DNA of 64,000 nt from Seison nebaliae (taxonomy: Eukaryota). Both the position numbers and the translations under genes were made by a program. The notes under the pieces were generated by a model. The model was not told the DNA's origin. It ran no database searches and was given only the letters and a program-made list of their open reading frames with translations. Location: assembly GCA_023231475.1 (NCBI GenBank), contig JALJEE010002379.1, forward strand, positions 1 through 64,000, read 5' to 3'. The stretch's first letter is position 1; each line of letters starts with the position of its first letter. Of the stretch, positions 1 to 12,352 are shown piece by piece.

Positions 1-339
1 ATTATTTCAGTTTCCACCAAATTTCATTCATTCTCAATTCAGTCACCGTCAACTATCCGTTTAGTTATACATATTACACAGTTTAGTGATATGTATTACC
101 ATTTTCTTCTTCTATTATTAATAGACATTTTCCGAAAAAAACATTCGTCCTCAAACACAATTTTCGTTTATAATTTTTTGAAATTTTTTCTTGAAATAAA
201 TCGTTTCTTTTTGATAATATCAGACTAAATTAAATAATAATCGTTGTGAAAATTTGTGAATGAAAAGAAAATTTTATCTATTATCTTCCATTTTATTCGA
301 TACGATTGTTCATTGATAACGATAAAATATATTTCAATA

Positions 340-1090
340 TTATTATTATTTCCAACAATTATTATTGTTCAAAATTCCCGTCGGGATAAAGAAGAAAAAG
401 TAGAAAAACAAATTTTTATCCTCCTCGGTGTTGATTAGATGCCTTTATTGATCAAGGGGTTGCGGTCGATTGATGAAGTGGATGACGAATCATAAGAGAC
501 GATGAACTCTCTGAAATCACTGACAATGTGAGGGAAATATTACGAGATAGACCATAATATATCACGGTGTACGAAAGAACTGAGTGAACGGGTAATTGGT
601 AGATTTCGAGAGGAGAAGAAGAGAACGATTGCATCTATGAAAACAACAGATAGTTCCCCTAATGAGCCGATTATAGGCCCGATCGAGCGAGACGAATGAA
701 CGATGTGAACAGAGAAAAATTGTTTCCAAGGAGTACATCGGTAGAACTAAACCGAAGTGGATCCAGATGCCAAGGATTTGCGGACACCATGAGGTGGAGA
801 TTTATTTTCCAAATTCAAAGCGGTGCGATAAGAGATGATTTTCTCAGTTGACTGACAAGTTGTGAGATTTCTTACCTAGCGATTTGTTCTTGTTGAAATT
901 GAAGAAAAATGTGAGTGAATCGGCTGAATAATAATCTGCATTGAGAGGAAAGGTAAAGGTTTGGTAAAGGTGGTGAAAAATCGATGTGCTTTTTTTGGTC
1001 GTATTTTCTATTGAAATTTATCTTACTGATGTGCTTAGTTTTTATTCTGAACATCGTGATGTGCTCCGAATCATACAATTTAACGGAAGA
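340..1090 (-). mobile_element. Decayed 3' portion of a non-LTR retrotransposon (LINE), copy 1
   Basis: Minus strand reads LVLPMYSLETIFLCSHRSFVSLDRAYNRLIRGTICCFHRCN, resembling the LINE post-RT region, with stops and frameshifts and an (AAT)n tail at ~340-366. Clearly homologous to 58555-59252 over ~373-750, with an internal deletion of roughly 110 nt. The boundary beyond ~760 is uncertain. Confidence 0.65.
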
Positions 1091-1154
1091 AAATTAAGTA
1101 AAATAGAAATTTTTTATATCTCGTTATAACTGAATGAAGAAATTATAAAGTTGT

Positions 1155-2894
1155 CTAGTAGTCAGATGGAAGGGAGGTGGTAGTTGAAGCACTTTGTTTT
1201 CTATTGCGTCTCCGATCCAATGGTTTAATAGTAAACGAACATTTTAAATATGCGTCATACATTTTATTATCTATGATCGGTATGAAGTCTGTTACTGTGT
1301 TCTTTCTTTCTTCGATAAGTTGTTTAATTTCCTTCAATCCTACTGCTAATACATCGTCTTTTTGTATTAAAGAAAAACGGACAACTTCGGTTGCTGGATT
1401 CCTAACGACAAACGAGAATGTCTGCATGAATAATGGATCAGGATTGGCATATAATGTTATATCTGTTTTTTCCACTTGTTCATTCACACTCACTTGAATG
1501 AAAAGGTCTTTCATTTCTTGTAATCGTTTCCCGTTCGATCGATAGAAATTGCGACCCTCTTGAATAAAAACTATAATGACAGCTATCGGTAATTTATCAT
1601 TCGTTACAATTGAGAGTAGTGGATCTGGAGAAAATTGTCTCCTTCGATCTCTTCCAAGTTTCTCATGTCCCAATGGGAGATTGAGTGGTACGTCGAGAAT
1701 GAGAGGGAAAAAAATACCATTGAACGTTACGATACCTCTCGACGTTTCCCAAAGTCTTACCGAGTTCTCTATAACAGTATTCGGTTTCATTATAAACGAA
1801 GAGATTGACACTTGAACTTTCCCCACAAAATCGTCGTTATTGACATCATGATCATAAACTCGCAATTCGAGTTGAACACCTCGCCAATGGAGAATGATAA
1901 AATCAAAATATTCATGCCATTTTGGATTAGTAATATTCTGTTTAACGGTGGAAGTCATTGTGGTGGTTCCTAATACTAATTTGATATATGGATCGATACC
2001 CGAATTCTTTTTATGAATAATCGACACGTCTTTTTTGGGGAGATCGATCGCTTTCTTTAAATGCACTCGGAGTACACCGATCGGCATGAATTTCGGTTGT
2101 ATTTCACCTTCCACATTCTGTTGACACTTAAACGTACTGTCGAGAGGAATGCAGATACTTTTCGGACTCACCATAAAAGCACTGAAATATGATTTGAGAG
2201 TATTGAGAATTAGTGGACGAACGATAGGAAATTTAGCTAATTTGGCTGTATCGGTAAATTCGAGATCAATCTTCGGTTCTGTCTTACAACAAATGGACAG
2301 ACCTTTAGCTAATGGCATCTTTCCAATAAGAGGTTGAATGAGAACATAAATATTTCCACAGAAATACAAATTACAAATTCCAAAAGTCGAATTGAATAAT
2401 TGAGCTTGAATGTGTAGATTGGAAGAATATTCCACATTCAATTCAATCTCAATCTCATTTCTTGGAAGCATGGGATCATTAAATACGGTGGCTGAACGAA
2501 TCTGTATCGGATTACTTCCAAAATCGATTTGAGAGAAGGAAATATCTTTTAAAAGTGGAGACGATTGTCTAAGAATTGGGAGAACATCACTTTCTAATAA
2601 ATTTCGTAGGAACTCTGAGAAATATGGCCACAATCGTTTAAATATTAGATTTAACCATTTCAATTGTGACTCCTGTTGTTCGTCCGGTTCATGCAAATTC
2701 AATTGTGATCGATTTCTTCTTTTCATTTCACTTCGACCCACAATCGTCGAGTACTCCTCCCAATAGTAAGTGAAGAGTATGAACAGAATGGACACTAATA
2801 CCTCACTATATTGCACATACTTAACAACGACATAGACTAAACTAAACGGAATAATATATTTCACCAACACCACCATCACATACATCAAATCCAT
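1155..2894 (-). CDS. Extended synaptotagmin-like protein (N-terminal hydrophobic hairpin, SMP domain, two C2 domains), intronless, 579 aa
   Basis: Hydrophobic N-terminus; SMP start ESQLKWLNLIFKRLWPY and IDFGSNP; C2A GVLRVHLKKAIDL...DPY...NPKWHEYF...YDHDVNNDDFVG; second C2 near the C-terminus. Confidence 0.85.
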   Translation of the reverse strand: MDLMYVMVVLVKYIIPFSLVYVVVKYVQYSEVLVSILFILFTYYWEEYSTIVGRSEMKRRNRSQLNLHEPDEQQESQLKWLNLIFKRLWPYFSEFLRNLLESDVLPILRQSSPLLKDISFSQIDFGSNPIQIRSATVFNDPMLPRNEIEIELNVEYSSNLHIQAQLFNSTFGICNLYFCGNIYVLIQPLIGKMPLAKGLSICCKTEPKIDLEFTDTAKLAKFPIVRPLILNTLKSYFSAFMVSPKSICIPLDSTFKCQQNVEGEIQPKFMPIGVLRVHLKKAIDLPKKDVSIIHKKNSGIDPYIKLVLGTTTMTSTVKQNITNPKWHEYFDFIILHWRGVQLELRVYDHDVNNDDFVGKVQVSISSFIMKPNTVIENSVRLWETSRGIVTFNGIFFPLILDVPLNLPLGHEKLGRDRRRQFSPDPLLSIVTNDKLPIAVIIVFIQEGRNFYRSNGKRLQEMKDLFIQVSVNEQVEKTDITLYANPDPLFMQTFSFVVRNPATEVVRFSLIQKDDVLAVGLKEIKQLIEERKNTVTDFIPIIDNKMYDAYLKCSFTIKPLDRRRNRKQSASTTTSLPSDY

Positions 2895-3288
2895 CCAGTT
2901 ATTATAATAAAAAATTCGACAAAAAGAAGAAAATAAAGTAAAAGAAGAAAATCAAATTTTTTCTCACAAAAGACGAACAAGTTTTTTTCTTTAATTTTCT
3001 TTTCTATTTCAAATTTCACTTCCAAAACACAAAACAATTGGAACGCAATTCTGGTGCGTTGGTCGAACGAAAACTTAAATAAATAATCATTTTTCTCAAA
3101 TAATACGTGAAATCTAAATTGTTTACAATTGATTTCTTTAAAGTTTCCGTTGAAAATGTAACGAAATTTAAATAAGTTCGATTTTTAAAAAATTAGTAAA
3201 TTCTTCTTTGAAAAGAAGAAAAAATTTGTTATTTTATTTTTCATTGTAACTTTCTAGATATATGAAATCTTCAAATTTCTTATTTATT

Positions 3289-3764
3289 TTATTGCTCATC
3301 TTCATAACCTTCCGGCAATGCAGTTACATGGGGATCATGTAACAAAGTCTTATTTCCATCACCCCATGGAAATGCCTAAAAAGAAAAAATTTTAAATTAT
3401 CTTTCTAAAATAAAAGGAAACTTTTGTTCTGATACGAAGATGTTCGTATGGAACGAATGGTGGTCGTTCTTCATGTTCCTTTCCATAGAACGCGTTGATA
3501 TACGCGACTATGATGAGAGGAAGTGCGAGGAAGATGGAAACATTCCTCCAAACTTTCATAGCTGAAAAGAAAATTGGAATGTTAAAGAGAAAGAAGTGAA
3601 ATCGAACAGGAAATATGTTCCATATTAAATCCACCTTTTGGCGGCTGTGGCATCTGATCGATTCCATTAATTTGTAACTTTTGTCCAGAATTGCTTTTTT
3701 TCGAAAAAGCGATCGAACGTTTCGAGATTTGTTGAAGGGCTTTGAATCGATTAAGAAAAGACAT
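3289..3764 (-). CDS. COX6A: Cytochrome c oxidase subunit 6A (3 exons)
   Basis: Spliced product ...MKVWRNVSIFLALPLII...ERPPFVPYEHLRIRTK|AFPWGDGNKTLLHDPHVTALPEGYEDEQ*. Two ~46-nt GTT...AG introns. Confidence 0.93.
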
Positions 3765-4201
3765 AATCTGCCTAATGAATGAATCTAATAATAAGACTAA
3801 ATGAAATTTTCGTAAATGAAAAAAAATGTATTTAACTTCTTTTTTGCTTAACTTCTATTTAAAAAAAGAATTCGTTTCTGATATAGGATTATTATATTTC
3901 ATTTTCCATATATATAATTCTTCTCGTCCCTGTGGAAATGTATTATAGATAAAAAATTTACCTATGAATTATTTAAAATTTAAGCTTTTCTTTCCAAATT
4001 TAGTTTTTAGAACTTTCCTTAAAATTTATCATATGTTTGAACGTATGATACAATGAGTGAAAGATGAAGATTATTTCAATTTTATGGAATATTTTTTGCC
4101 CAATTTATCGTATTTATTGAATTTGGTTCATGATAAAATTGGAAAGATAAATGGGAAGTAAACAAATTAGATGCGGAAAAATAGGACAGAACATTAATAT
4201 G

Positions 4202-4639
4202 TTAACGACGCGGATTTTTTAATTCGTGCAACTCTCTTTGCGACTGCGCATACTTCTCATTGATATCGGCCAAACATTCTGTAATTAAATTCACTTGATT
4301 CTTATAACCGTCTTCGATGGTCTGTGCATTTTCCTAATGGAGTTCATCAATTTTAGAAACGTGGCTAGAATGGAAAATAACTTTAATTTTTGTGTTTTCA
4401 ACTTGCAACTTAATAATATCATTCTTCAGAGTCATATTTGCTTGATAAGACAAGTAGAGGCGGTTATGTAAAGTTTGACATTCTCTATAATAGTTCACGG
4501 CCAATGCGTCCACATTCGACAACTTCTCATTAAATTTATTACATCGATCTTTATAATATTTTACTTCTTCGTTTTCAACAATTTTATCTTTCATTTCATT
4601 TTCATTCGAAGGTAACCCTCCAAAGTCATCTGACAACAT
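4202..4639 (-). CDS. PPP1R21-like C-terminal coiled-coil region only; 5' part missing or degenerate
   Basis: Spliced YYKDRCNKFNEKLSNVDALAVNYYRECQTLHNRL...IK|ENAQTIEDGYKNQVNLITECLADINEKYAQSQRELHELK aligns by eye with the PPP1R21 C-terminus (HYMARI...ADSKSVHFYAECRALSKRL...SYEDQLSMMSDHLCSMNETL). One GTT...TAG intron. Confidence 0.65.
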
Positions 4640-5457
4640 TTTTGTTCGAAGCTCATTATTTATTTTTGACTAATTTTTAGTTGTTCAATATAATTTTTCC
4701 GAAATAAGAATTAGTACATTGTAGTGGTTTTCCTAAAACAAGCTTTTCGACGGAATTTCCTAAAACCAGAAACAACAGACAGGCCGAAGAGAAGGCAATT
4801 AAATGATTTTTAACAACACTATTATTCTCTTTTTAATAAATCTTCTACATTCAAATCTTAAAACTTGATTCCTGAGATGAGTAGACAAGGGACCCTCCAA
4901 CTAACGAGGAAACACTACAACATTTGAATCAATTTAATATGAATATGATTTAATTTGATACGAATCAATGCAAAAATTGAATACCAAACGAACTTTTAAT
5001 CAAATTATTTATGGAAATTTACTGTTCTACTACATCATTCGCTTTTAAAATTTTAAAGTTATTTAATTAAGTTTGCAATATTTTGACTCTTCCCAATATG
5101 CAATGAAATTTACTTTTGTTCAACAGAATAATTAAAAAAGAAATTTTTTTTTTTCTATTAGACCAAATCCAGGTGGGGTAAATTATAAAGAAATAAAGAA
5201 TAATTTTGAAATAATTTTATGATATCAATAATTTATTAAATCAAAATAAGAGATATATTCAATGAAATATAACGAAAACAACCATTTTGTAATCGATCAA
5301 ATATCTATTGATAATGGATCTACTTTCGAATTCGAGTAATCGATATTGTTTTCACATTTCTTTTCCTTTTTAGAATCGAACCATATTCATTGCACGATAT
5401 ATATATTGGTATCTATTACCTCGCAGAACCTATAATTGAATATTTAATCGTCCAACA

Positions 5458-5571
5458 CAATTGAAGTTATAAGATCCAATTGAAGTTTTAAGATCCAATT
5501 GAAGTTTTAAGATCCAATTGAAGTTGTAACATGCAATTTGTGTTGTAACATGCAATTTGGGTTGCAAGGCC
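5458..5571. repeat. 19-bp minisatellite, 6 units (CAATTGAAGTTTTAAGATC-like)
   Basis: Six consecutive 19-nt units, drifting progressively to CAATTTGGGTTGCAAGGCC. Confidence 0.9.
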
Positions 5572-6479
5572 TATAGTAATCACATAAATTCTGTGATATT
5601 CCCAAACTCTATACTTATTAATAATATCCATACATGAATTATTTCCCTTACTATAATTGATTAAACCCTGTTACTTTCGATCGAATAGTTGATGAATAAC
5701 AAATTCGAAATTGAGATTCATGCACGTCGTTTCTTTCAATTCCTTAAAGAGTTCCAAAGAGGAGATCTCAATAAGGAATTTGTTTTATTGGCCGTTCAAG
5801 AGCCCTTACCCTTATATGATTGGAGAAGTGTTTGTGAAGGGAAAATATCCCCGACTACTCCTCCATTTAGGGCATCCAAAATGCCAAGAAAGGCCATAAA
5901 CATTTGCCAGTAAAGATAAAGAATTCCCATTAATTTCCATTTTCAATTCCACCCTTAAAGCGAGAAAAGACCTTATTGGAAATTCTTCCCAATGAATGGA
6001 TGAATATTGAAATCCAATTAATTTCAATAAAGAAATATGAAATTAACTTTGTAAAAAAAACTTTATTGTATTCGAATGAATGAAAAGAATAATTCAATGC
6101 TAGAAGACAAAAAAGAAATGTTCTAGGAACGAAAATTCTAGAAGGAAAAGAAAATTCTGAAACGGAAAGAAAATTCTAGAACATTCGATTCTCTTCTAGA
6201 ACTTAATCATTATATATCTAATTTGAGCGTATTTAGCCTTGGTACAGTTTAAAAAGTAATTTTCAAATACTTTTAAAATTTTGGCCGAAATATAAATTCC
6301 ATTTTTATTTATAAATTCCATATATTATATATATAATTCCATCCTTCTCCAATTTTTATATTGGTTTGGCTAGTTATTTTATTATTTCTTAAAATGACTC
6401 TATGAAAATTGATATTTTTATCAAAATAAATGTAAGTTATAATAAAGAATAAACTTTGAAATAAAAACCGGTGGCTCCA

Positions 6480-7582
6480 TATTGCCCAAAACATATACGA
6501 TAGGACGATTAGAATTTACTTCCGAAATGTCCTTACCATGTCCTTTATAGATATGGTTGTAGTCGACATTTGAAGTCAGCACATCATTGATATATTGCAC
6601 TATTAATTCAAACGATGACTCCTTCAATTTCTCTACAATACATAAGCACACATCATCCGCACCATGTGATTTCTTCAAATTTATTAGGACTAGTGCACGA
6701 CGAACTTCATTCTCAGTGACCATAGTATGGTAGGATTGAAAAATATTCACCACTCAACATAATAAGAGAGAATCAAACATGGCAGACTGAAAGAAATCTT
6801 TGAATTCCTCAATACTGATAGTCGAAGGACTTCGTTCCTTTCTTCTCATTAGTGACCAGAATTTCGAAGTGTTGTTCATGTTGACCAATTCCTCATATTT
6901 TTCCCCCTCCGATTTTCTAAGTAAATCACGAACGACATAACGGAAGTTTCTCCGAGCAGTTTTCCTAACGGTAAAACTTTCATCAGACTTCTCTTTCAAA
7001 TAAAGACGATTTGCATATATCATATCTCTCTTCAAATGACGAATTGTTCCAAAATTCGGAATTTTTCGATCGATAGATCCACGGTTCTGAGGATACATAT
7101 TGCATAACGAACCGATTGAACTTAGTTTGTCAATTAAATCTCGACTAGCACAAGGATATTCGAGCATTGTTATCACTTTAGTTTTTTTACCAAGAGGTCA
7201 ATCTTTCTGTCGATTCTCTTATTATTATCCTTCTTTAGAACTTCCACCAAATCCAGTTTTTCTTTATTCGTGGTTTTGTCTAGATTAGATCTCCACGATG
7301 TTGGAGTATTAGGCCTAATACTTCCTTGGAACGTCGATTGAGTTCTTCCACGTTTCACGCTCTTGGTTGTTCCGTCACTTGTCCTTTGAGTATTCGCCAC
7401 CTTATTAAGTTCATCAATCATTGCTTCAGTTATACTGTCTGCAGATGAACTGCGGGATCTTCATTCTCTTCAATATTCTCAGATGAACCAGGATCTTCAT
7501 TCACTTCCTCAATATTCTCAAATGAGCCAGGATCGTCCCCATTCTCTTCTTCATTAGATTTATTATTATTAATAAACGACAT
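6480..7582 (-). mobile_element. Decayed non-LTR retrotransposon fragment (pre-RT linker and RT N-terminus)
   Basis: ARRNFRYVVR...NTSKFWSLMRRK linker, then VTENEVRRALVLINLKKSHGADDV and IYKGHGKDISEVNSNRPI, matching the LINE K-S/A-G-D and K..D....NYRPI motifs. In-frame TGA at 6754-6756, frameshifts, and short internal ~30-nt repeats at ~7445-7550. Confidence 0.75.
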
Positions 7583-8037
7583 GTCAAACAAATCTCAAAT
7601 TTATTTAAAAGTCAATTAATGAATCTTAAGAAAAAATACACTATTAAAATAGTTTATACTCAATAAAAGGAAGCTTATTAAGAAAGCACTTTGCCCCAGT
7701 AGACCATAAAAGGGAGTAAGATAACGGTAAATTCTATCTTTAATTTCAGATTTGGCATTAAAAAAATCGGGGATAGCTTCATTTTTTCATATTTTACCCC
7801 CATCAATTGTGAAAAAAAAAATCTTTGTTTAATCCACTTTCCAGATAACACTTTTTTGGGCTAATGAAGCTAAAAAAAATTTGAGGAATTATCTACGTAT
7901 TTTGAACTCACGAAACCCTTATTTACTGGTAAATTTGAATTTCCTATTCCTTCGTTTAACGATTTGCTACCACTTACGTCTCCGTTGTCGTTTTTCTGTT
8001 CGTACTACATTCTTCCGAAGCCTACTCGGTTGACCAA

Positions 8038-8678
8038 TCATTCAAGAATATCCATGTATTTCTCTGAATTCATATTTCCTTCAACGAAAACTATTGGTGT
8101 ACGACCAGCAAGCCAAATTCCGGCCCACACCATAACCCCCTTTTTCGACCCGGCAACCGATGCGGAGAAAATTTCTTTTTCTTTTCTCAAATCCCTCCAA
8201 TAGTAAAGAAAACCATCTGGTCCATCGAGATTAAACTTTTTTTCATCAGAAAATATGATTTGTTTTCCATTATAACCCTTTTCAATCCATTCAGTTATTG
8301 CATCCATTCTTTTCGTTTTATGCTGGGAATTAAGTTTGGGTTCTTTTTTCATTTTTTCCCAATGGACCTTTCCTTCTTTTAATATCCTACAAATGGTCGA
8401 TTTACTTGCGTTTGTTTTGTATTTCTCGGCTATAGATCGAGAATTGCTCCCATTTTCCGACCTTCGCGGCAAATTCGACGGTCTAACCTAGCCGACGTGC
8501 ACCGATTCCTTCCGGTTTCCTTCATCCTCGTCCCATAATTCTTATCATTTTTAAATGAATAAATAAATTTATTCGACCGATTAATTTTCCTGCCGATATC
8601 CGCTACTGAAACACCTTCGGACAATAAAGCCGTTATCTGTCCTTTTTCAAACTCCGACAATTTTTTTGCTTTCCCCAT
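8038..8678 (-). mobile_element. Truncated Tc1/Tc3-like transposase pseudogene
   Basis: HTH start MGKAKKLSEFEKGQITAL, TGR motif, IIFSDEKKFNLDGPDG, VMVWAGI, MNSEKYMDILE. Frameshift near 8465; ends before the second catalytic Asp. TIRs not identified. Confidence 0.9.
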
Positions 8679-9222
8679 AATAAAATGTGATTAGCTATAG
8701 TATGTGATTATAAAATATAAATAATAGCTTGGGTCGCAATATTTAGATTTAACAAATTGTTAAATTGAAATTTTATCATTGTAAACTAAATTTTACATAG
8801 TTTTCTGCTATTTATCTATTTGCTTATCTTCTATCGAGAACTCGTCTGCGTTCGTCGTGTGATTATAAGGTTATCGTTATTATAGTGGTTCTTGCATCTG
8901 GTGTGCTTCGCTTTTAGTAACTCCCTCTTTCCTTAATTTCATTTGCCAACTTTTCTCACTCGTTACATAATTCTTTTTCATAAAATAAATTTTCTCATTT
9001 TATCTGAAAATAGTTAATTTTAACAATTAAGGTGAATTTCTTCTGTTCCGCTCCGAAATAGAAAAAATAGAATTGGTTCGGCTCCGAAAATAGAAAAGAG
9101 GGTAAATTGAAAGGAAAAAAATTTTTAAATGAATAAACATTAATTATTATCAAAAGTTTTATTCATGAGATTTAATAGGATTAATAATTAGTTGAAAAAT
9201 ATTATTTTTTGAAATTTCTTAT

Positions 9223-10657
9223 TCAAACGGTGAAAACATGAGACGGTCGTTGTCGTTCGATCGGTTTTCCACTCAGAAACTGTTGAAGATGATTATTGAT
9301 TTGTTTATTTAGCGGATACATAACGATACCTAAAAACACGATAGAAGCAGACCAGAGATATCTTTTAACAGAATTCGAATGATAAGATTTTGAGAAGAAA
9401 TTTTAACTGATAATGAAATGGTTTTGCGATAAGAACAAATGAGATAATTATCGTAAAAGCTTTCCGCGTATTCGTCACTGCTGCTGTGGTTAATGCTCCG
9501 AAATAATTGATCAACAACAGAATTGCTTGCAAACCACAATAGCCACTGAACGAATGAATCAAAGATAAGGAAAGAAGAACGACTGGTCGTTTCTACGAAG
9601 AAGATAATTCAAAATTTCCTGAAAGAAGAGAAATGGAGAAACTTCAAACAAAATGAATTTCAATGATCCAATTAAGTCGTTTGAAAGAATGACGATTACT
9701 ATCAAAATAACGGAACCGATCGAATATGAGTAAAAGATAATTTCGGGTGAAGTTGGTTTATGATCGTGAAGTAATTTCTCCTGATAATTTCCAATAATGG
9801 CGTCCGCGCTCAAACCAATTAGAATATAAAGAACTCCAATTATGTGGAAATTAGGATCGATATCTACATCCGTCAATATGAAGAAGATGAGACCAATACT
9901 CATGCAGAGACAGGAGATAACGGTAACGATGTTATACGTCTTCTTTTGGATGATGACACCGCCGATCATCACCGGAATCAATTTACAGCATTTGAAAATT
10001 TGTTGAGAAGGGAAGTTGAGTGATTGAAGCGCTTCATTGGAACAGCCAATTGTCGTCACTGTCATCAGCGCTAATTTTCCATATGACATTAAACTCACAC
10101 TATAAAACGAAACTTAAAACATTCCATTGAATTTTCAACAAAACAAAATTTTCGTTTTAAATTTTTTCAACAAAACTAAATTTTCGTTTTAAAATTTTTC
10201 AACAAAACAAAATTTTCATTTTGAAATTTTTTATGGAAATAATTTGCTGTTAAAATTTCTTTACAAAACAAATAAGTTTCCACTGAACAATTTCAAAAAT
10301 ATGAAATATTTTGAAGAAAAATTATTTGAAACTATGATAATGGAAATTGAAGGTAAATAGGACGAACGTGGATGGTTTGATGTTGTCTATTCGAAGATGA
10401 ATTGAAGAGTAAATAGTATAATTGATGAACATCAGAAAAGTGAAGAACCAAGAATGGTCATCAGCTTCGTAAGTTTTCCAAAGAATTTCTGTGATGAATC
10501 CGAAAACGATGAAAGTGGTGAAGGTGATACTTGCCAGAATGATGAGTTTGAGAACTTTATTCAATTCTTCGAATTTTTTCAACAGAATCGTCTTCCATTT
10601 CCTATTCGTCATCAACTTCCTCTTCTCTTCCATATCAGTTAAGAGATCGCTGGACAT
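9223..10657 (-). CDS. SLC35B3: PAPS transporter 2 (nucleotide-sugar transporter SLC35B family), 4 exons
   Basis: GCSNEALQSLNFPSQQIFKCCKLIPVMIGG, ADAIIGNYQEK, FGALTTAAVTNTRKAFTIIISF..AKPF. Three GTT-initiated introns restore the frame. Confidence 0.88.
10129..10231. repeat. ~31-bp tandem repeat (about 3 copies) in SLC35B3 intron 1
   Basis: TTTTCAACAAAAC(A/T)AAATTTTC(G/A)TTTT repeated three times. Confidence 0.7.
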
Positions 10658-11072
10658 CTGGAAGACGAAGAGAAATTATTTTGAAGAATTCGCATCGTCT
10701 AACCTTCTTCTCCTCTCACAACCGATGACACATAGAAACCATAATTTTATCATAAACTTTTTGATAGAACAGCTTAAAATTCAAAATTTCTCATTAAAGA
10801 AAAATATTTCATCAGAATTTCAAAAACTCCATTTCTCTACCATTCACAACAATGGTCCCTAATGTTAAAATCGTTTTTCTCATGTAAAAATTATGAAGTT
10901 CTAACATTGAAAGCCATGAGCACGCTATCATAAATATTGAACTAATTTTTCTGTACTTTCTTTTTCTTGTAAAAAGCAGAATGTAAGTGATTCAATTTTT
11001 CTCATCAGCTTTCTAACAGATATATACTTCCCAAACCTAGATATACAGGTACCCGAGGAGAACGTGTAAATA

Positions 11073-12352
11073 ATGAGCATTTCACAAAAAGGTTCTTTTG
11101 AATGTTAGTTTTTAAATCTTTTAAAGAGAATTAAAAAGACATGTGTAAAGCTGTAAATGAGTTCAATAAACTGGTTTAGATGTGAAATTAAAAGGAATGG
11201 GAAAAAACTTGGAAAATGAGTAAACCGACTGCTCATTGAATATGCACATCTTTTCTAATAATATTCATTAATTTTATTCTAATTCATTTTCCATTATTTT
11301 TTCTTTAATATATAGTGTCCCTCACTCCGAATAACCATATCTTCCTCAATGATGAGCATTGGAATAAGTGCAAACGCCAATCATTTTATTACAATAAATT
11401 AGAAATAACGACTCCTTTAATGAGACAAGCATGTAGTCCATTAGGTAGACTTTTCACCGGCAACCAGCTATGTTCCGTTTACAATAATATGAATGGGGAT
11501 CAAAATACTCCAATTATATCTGACAAAACACCACCTCGTTTTGCATATTTTCTCTCCGATGATCTTAATCATAACAACAATGATTTTCATCCGTCCAATA
11601 TTGAAAATTATGAGAAACTGGAAAAGAGTTCGCCTAATACCTTATCGACCAGTATGGCATTTGATGATGGGCCGAATGTAAAAGTAATAAAAGATGAAGA
11701 GATGGAAAAAGAGGAAGAAGAAGAAGAAGAAATCACAATTAGACAAATAAAAAAGAGATTGCCAACGAAGAAGAAAATTCAGAAATTCAATGAATCTCAA
11801 AATGAAGATGATATGTTCATTTTTGGTCCTAAAACAGCAGAATCGGAAAATAAAGTCTTTCTATTTAAAGGAGCAAATCACCACATCGATAAACATCAAT
11901 TAAAAATGGCAAATAGAGATCAAAAATCTGTTACTCGTTTATTGAGGAATTTAATGGATCTTTTCTTCGATCGACGCACATTGGCTATTTCGTCGTTGAC
12001 TGGAAGTGGGAAAACCACCCAACAATTACGTACAGATATTATGGGAGACTTGTTCCGTTATTGCAAAATGAAATATCCGGATGTTGCCGATGGAATATTG
12101 AATGCAGCAGCTACTGATAAATGCGTTCAAATCCGTCGTAATTTCCGACGAAGATTACGAATTCGTTGTACAAATGTTTGCGATAAAGTTCGAATGGATA
12201 TAGCACGAGACCACTTCGATTATAGTCTCCTCCCTTTCAACTCCTTAATCGACATGAATCAAATCCATGAGGATATAAAACGCAATATAATCAATCAACA
12301 GAATGAACCATGTATCCATCGCAAACTTCTGGAAGAACTACATAAGGGATGA
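11073..12352 (+). CDS. BEN-domain protein (short first exon 11073-11103, main exon from 11316)
   Basis: C-terminal SVTRLLRNLMDLFFDRRTLAISSLTGSGK...DKCVQIRR fits the BEN pattern. The candidate first exon MSISQKGSFE joins in phase via GTTAGT...TAG. Confidence 0.7.

Noticed and set aside
5458..5571. Regularly spaced repeats resembling a CRISPR array
   Set aside because: Units are head-to-tail with no spacers, there are no cas genes, and the context is eukaryotic.
6754..6756. In-frame TGA joining ORFs (also 60134 and in LINE copy 2), suggesting readthrough or a variant genetic code
   Set aside because: Occurs only in decayed TEs that also have frameshifts. Host genes end normally on TAA, TAG and TGA.
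5173..7803. Weak inverted match GGGGTAAA(T/A)TAT(A/G)AA at ~5175 and ~7785-7800 as possible TIRs
   Set aside because: Too short and AT-rich, with no target-site duplication found.
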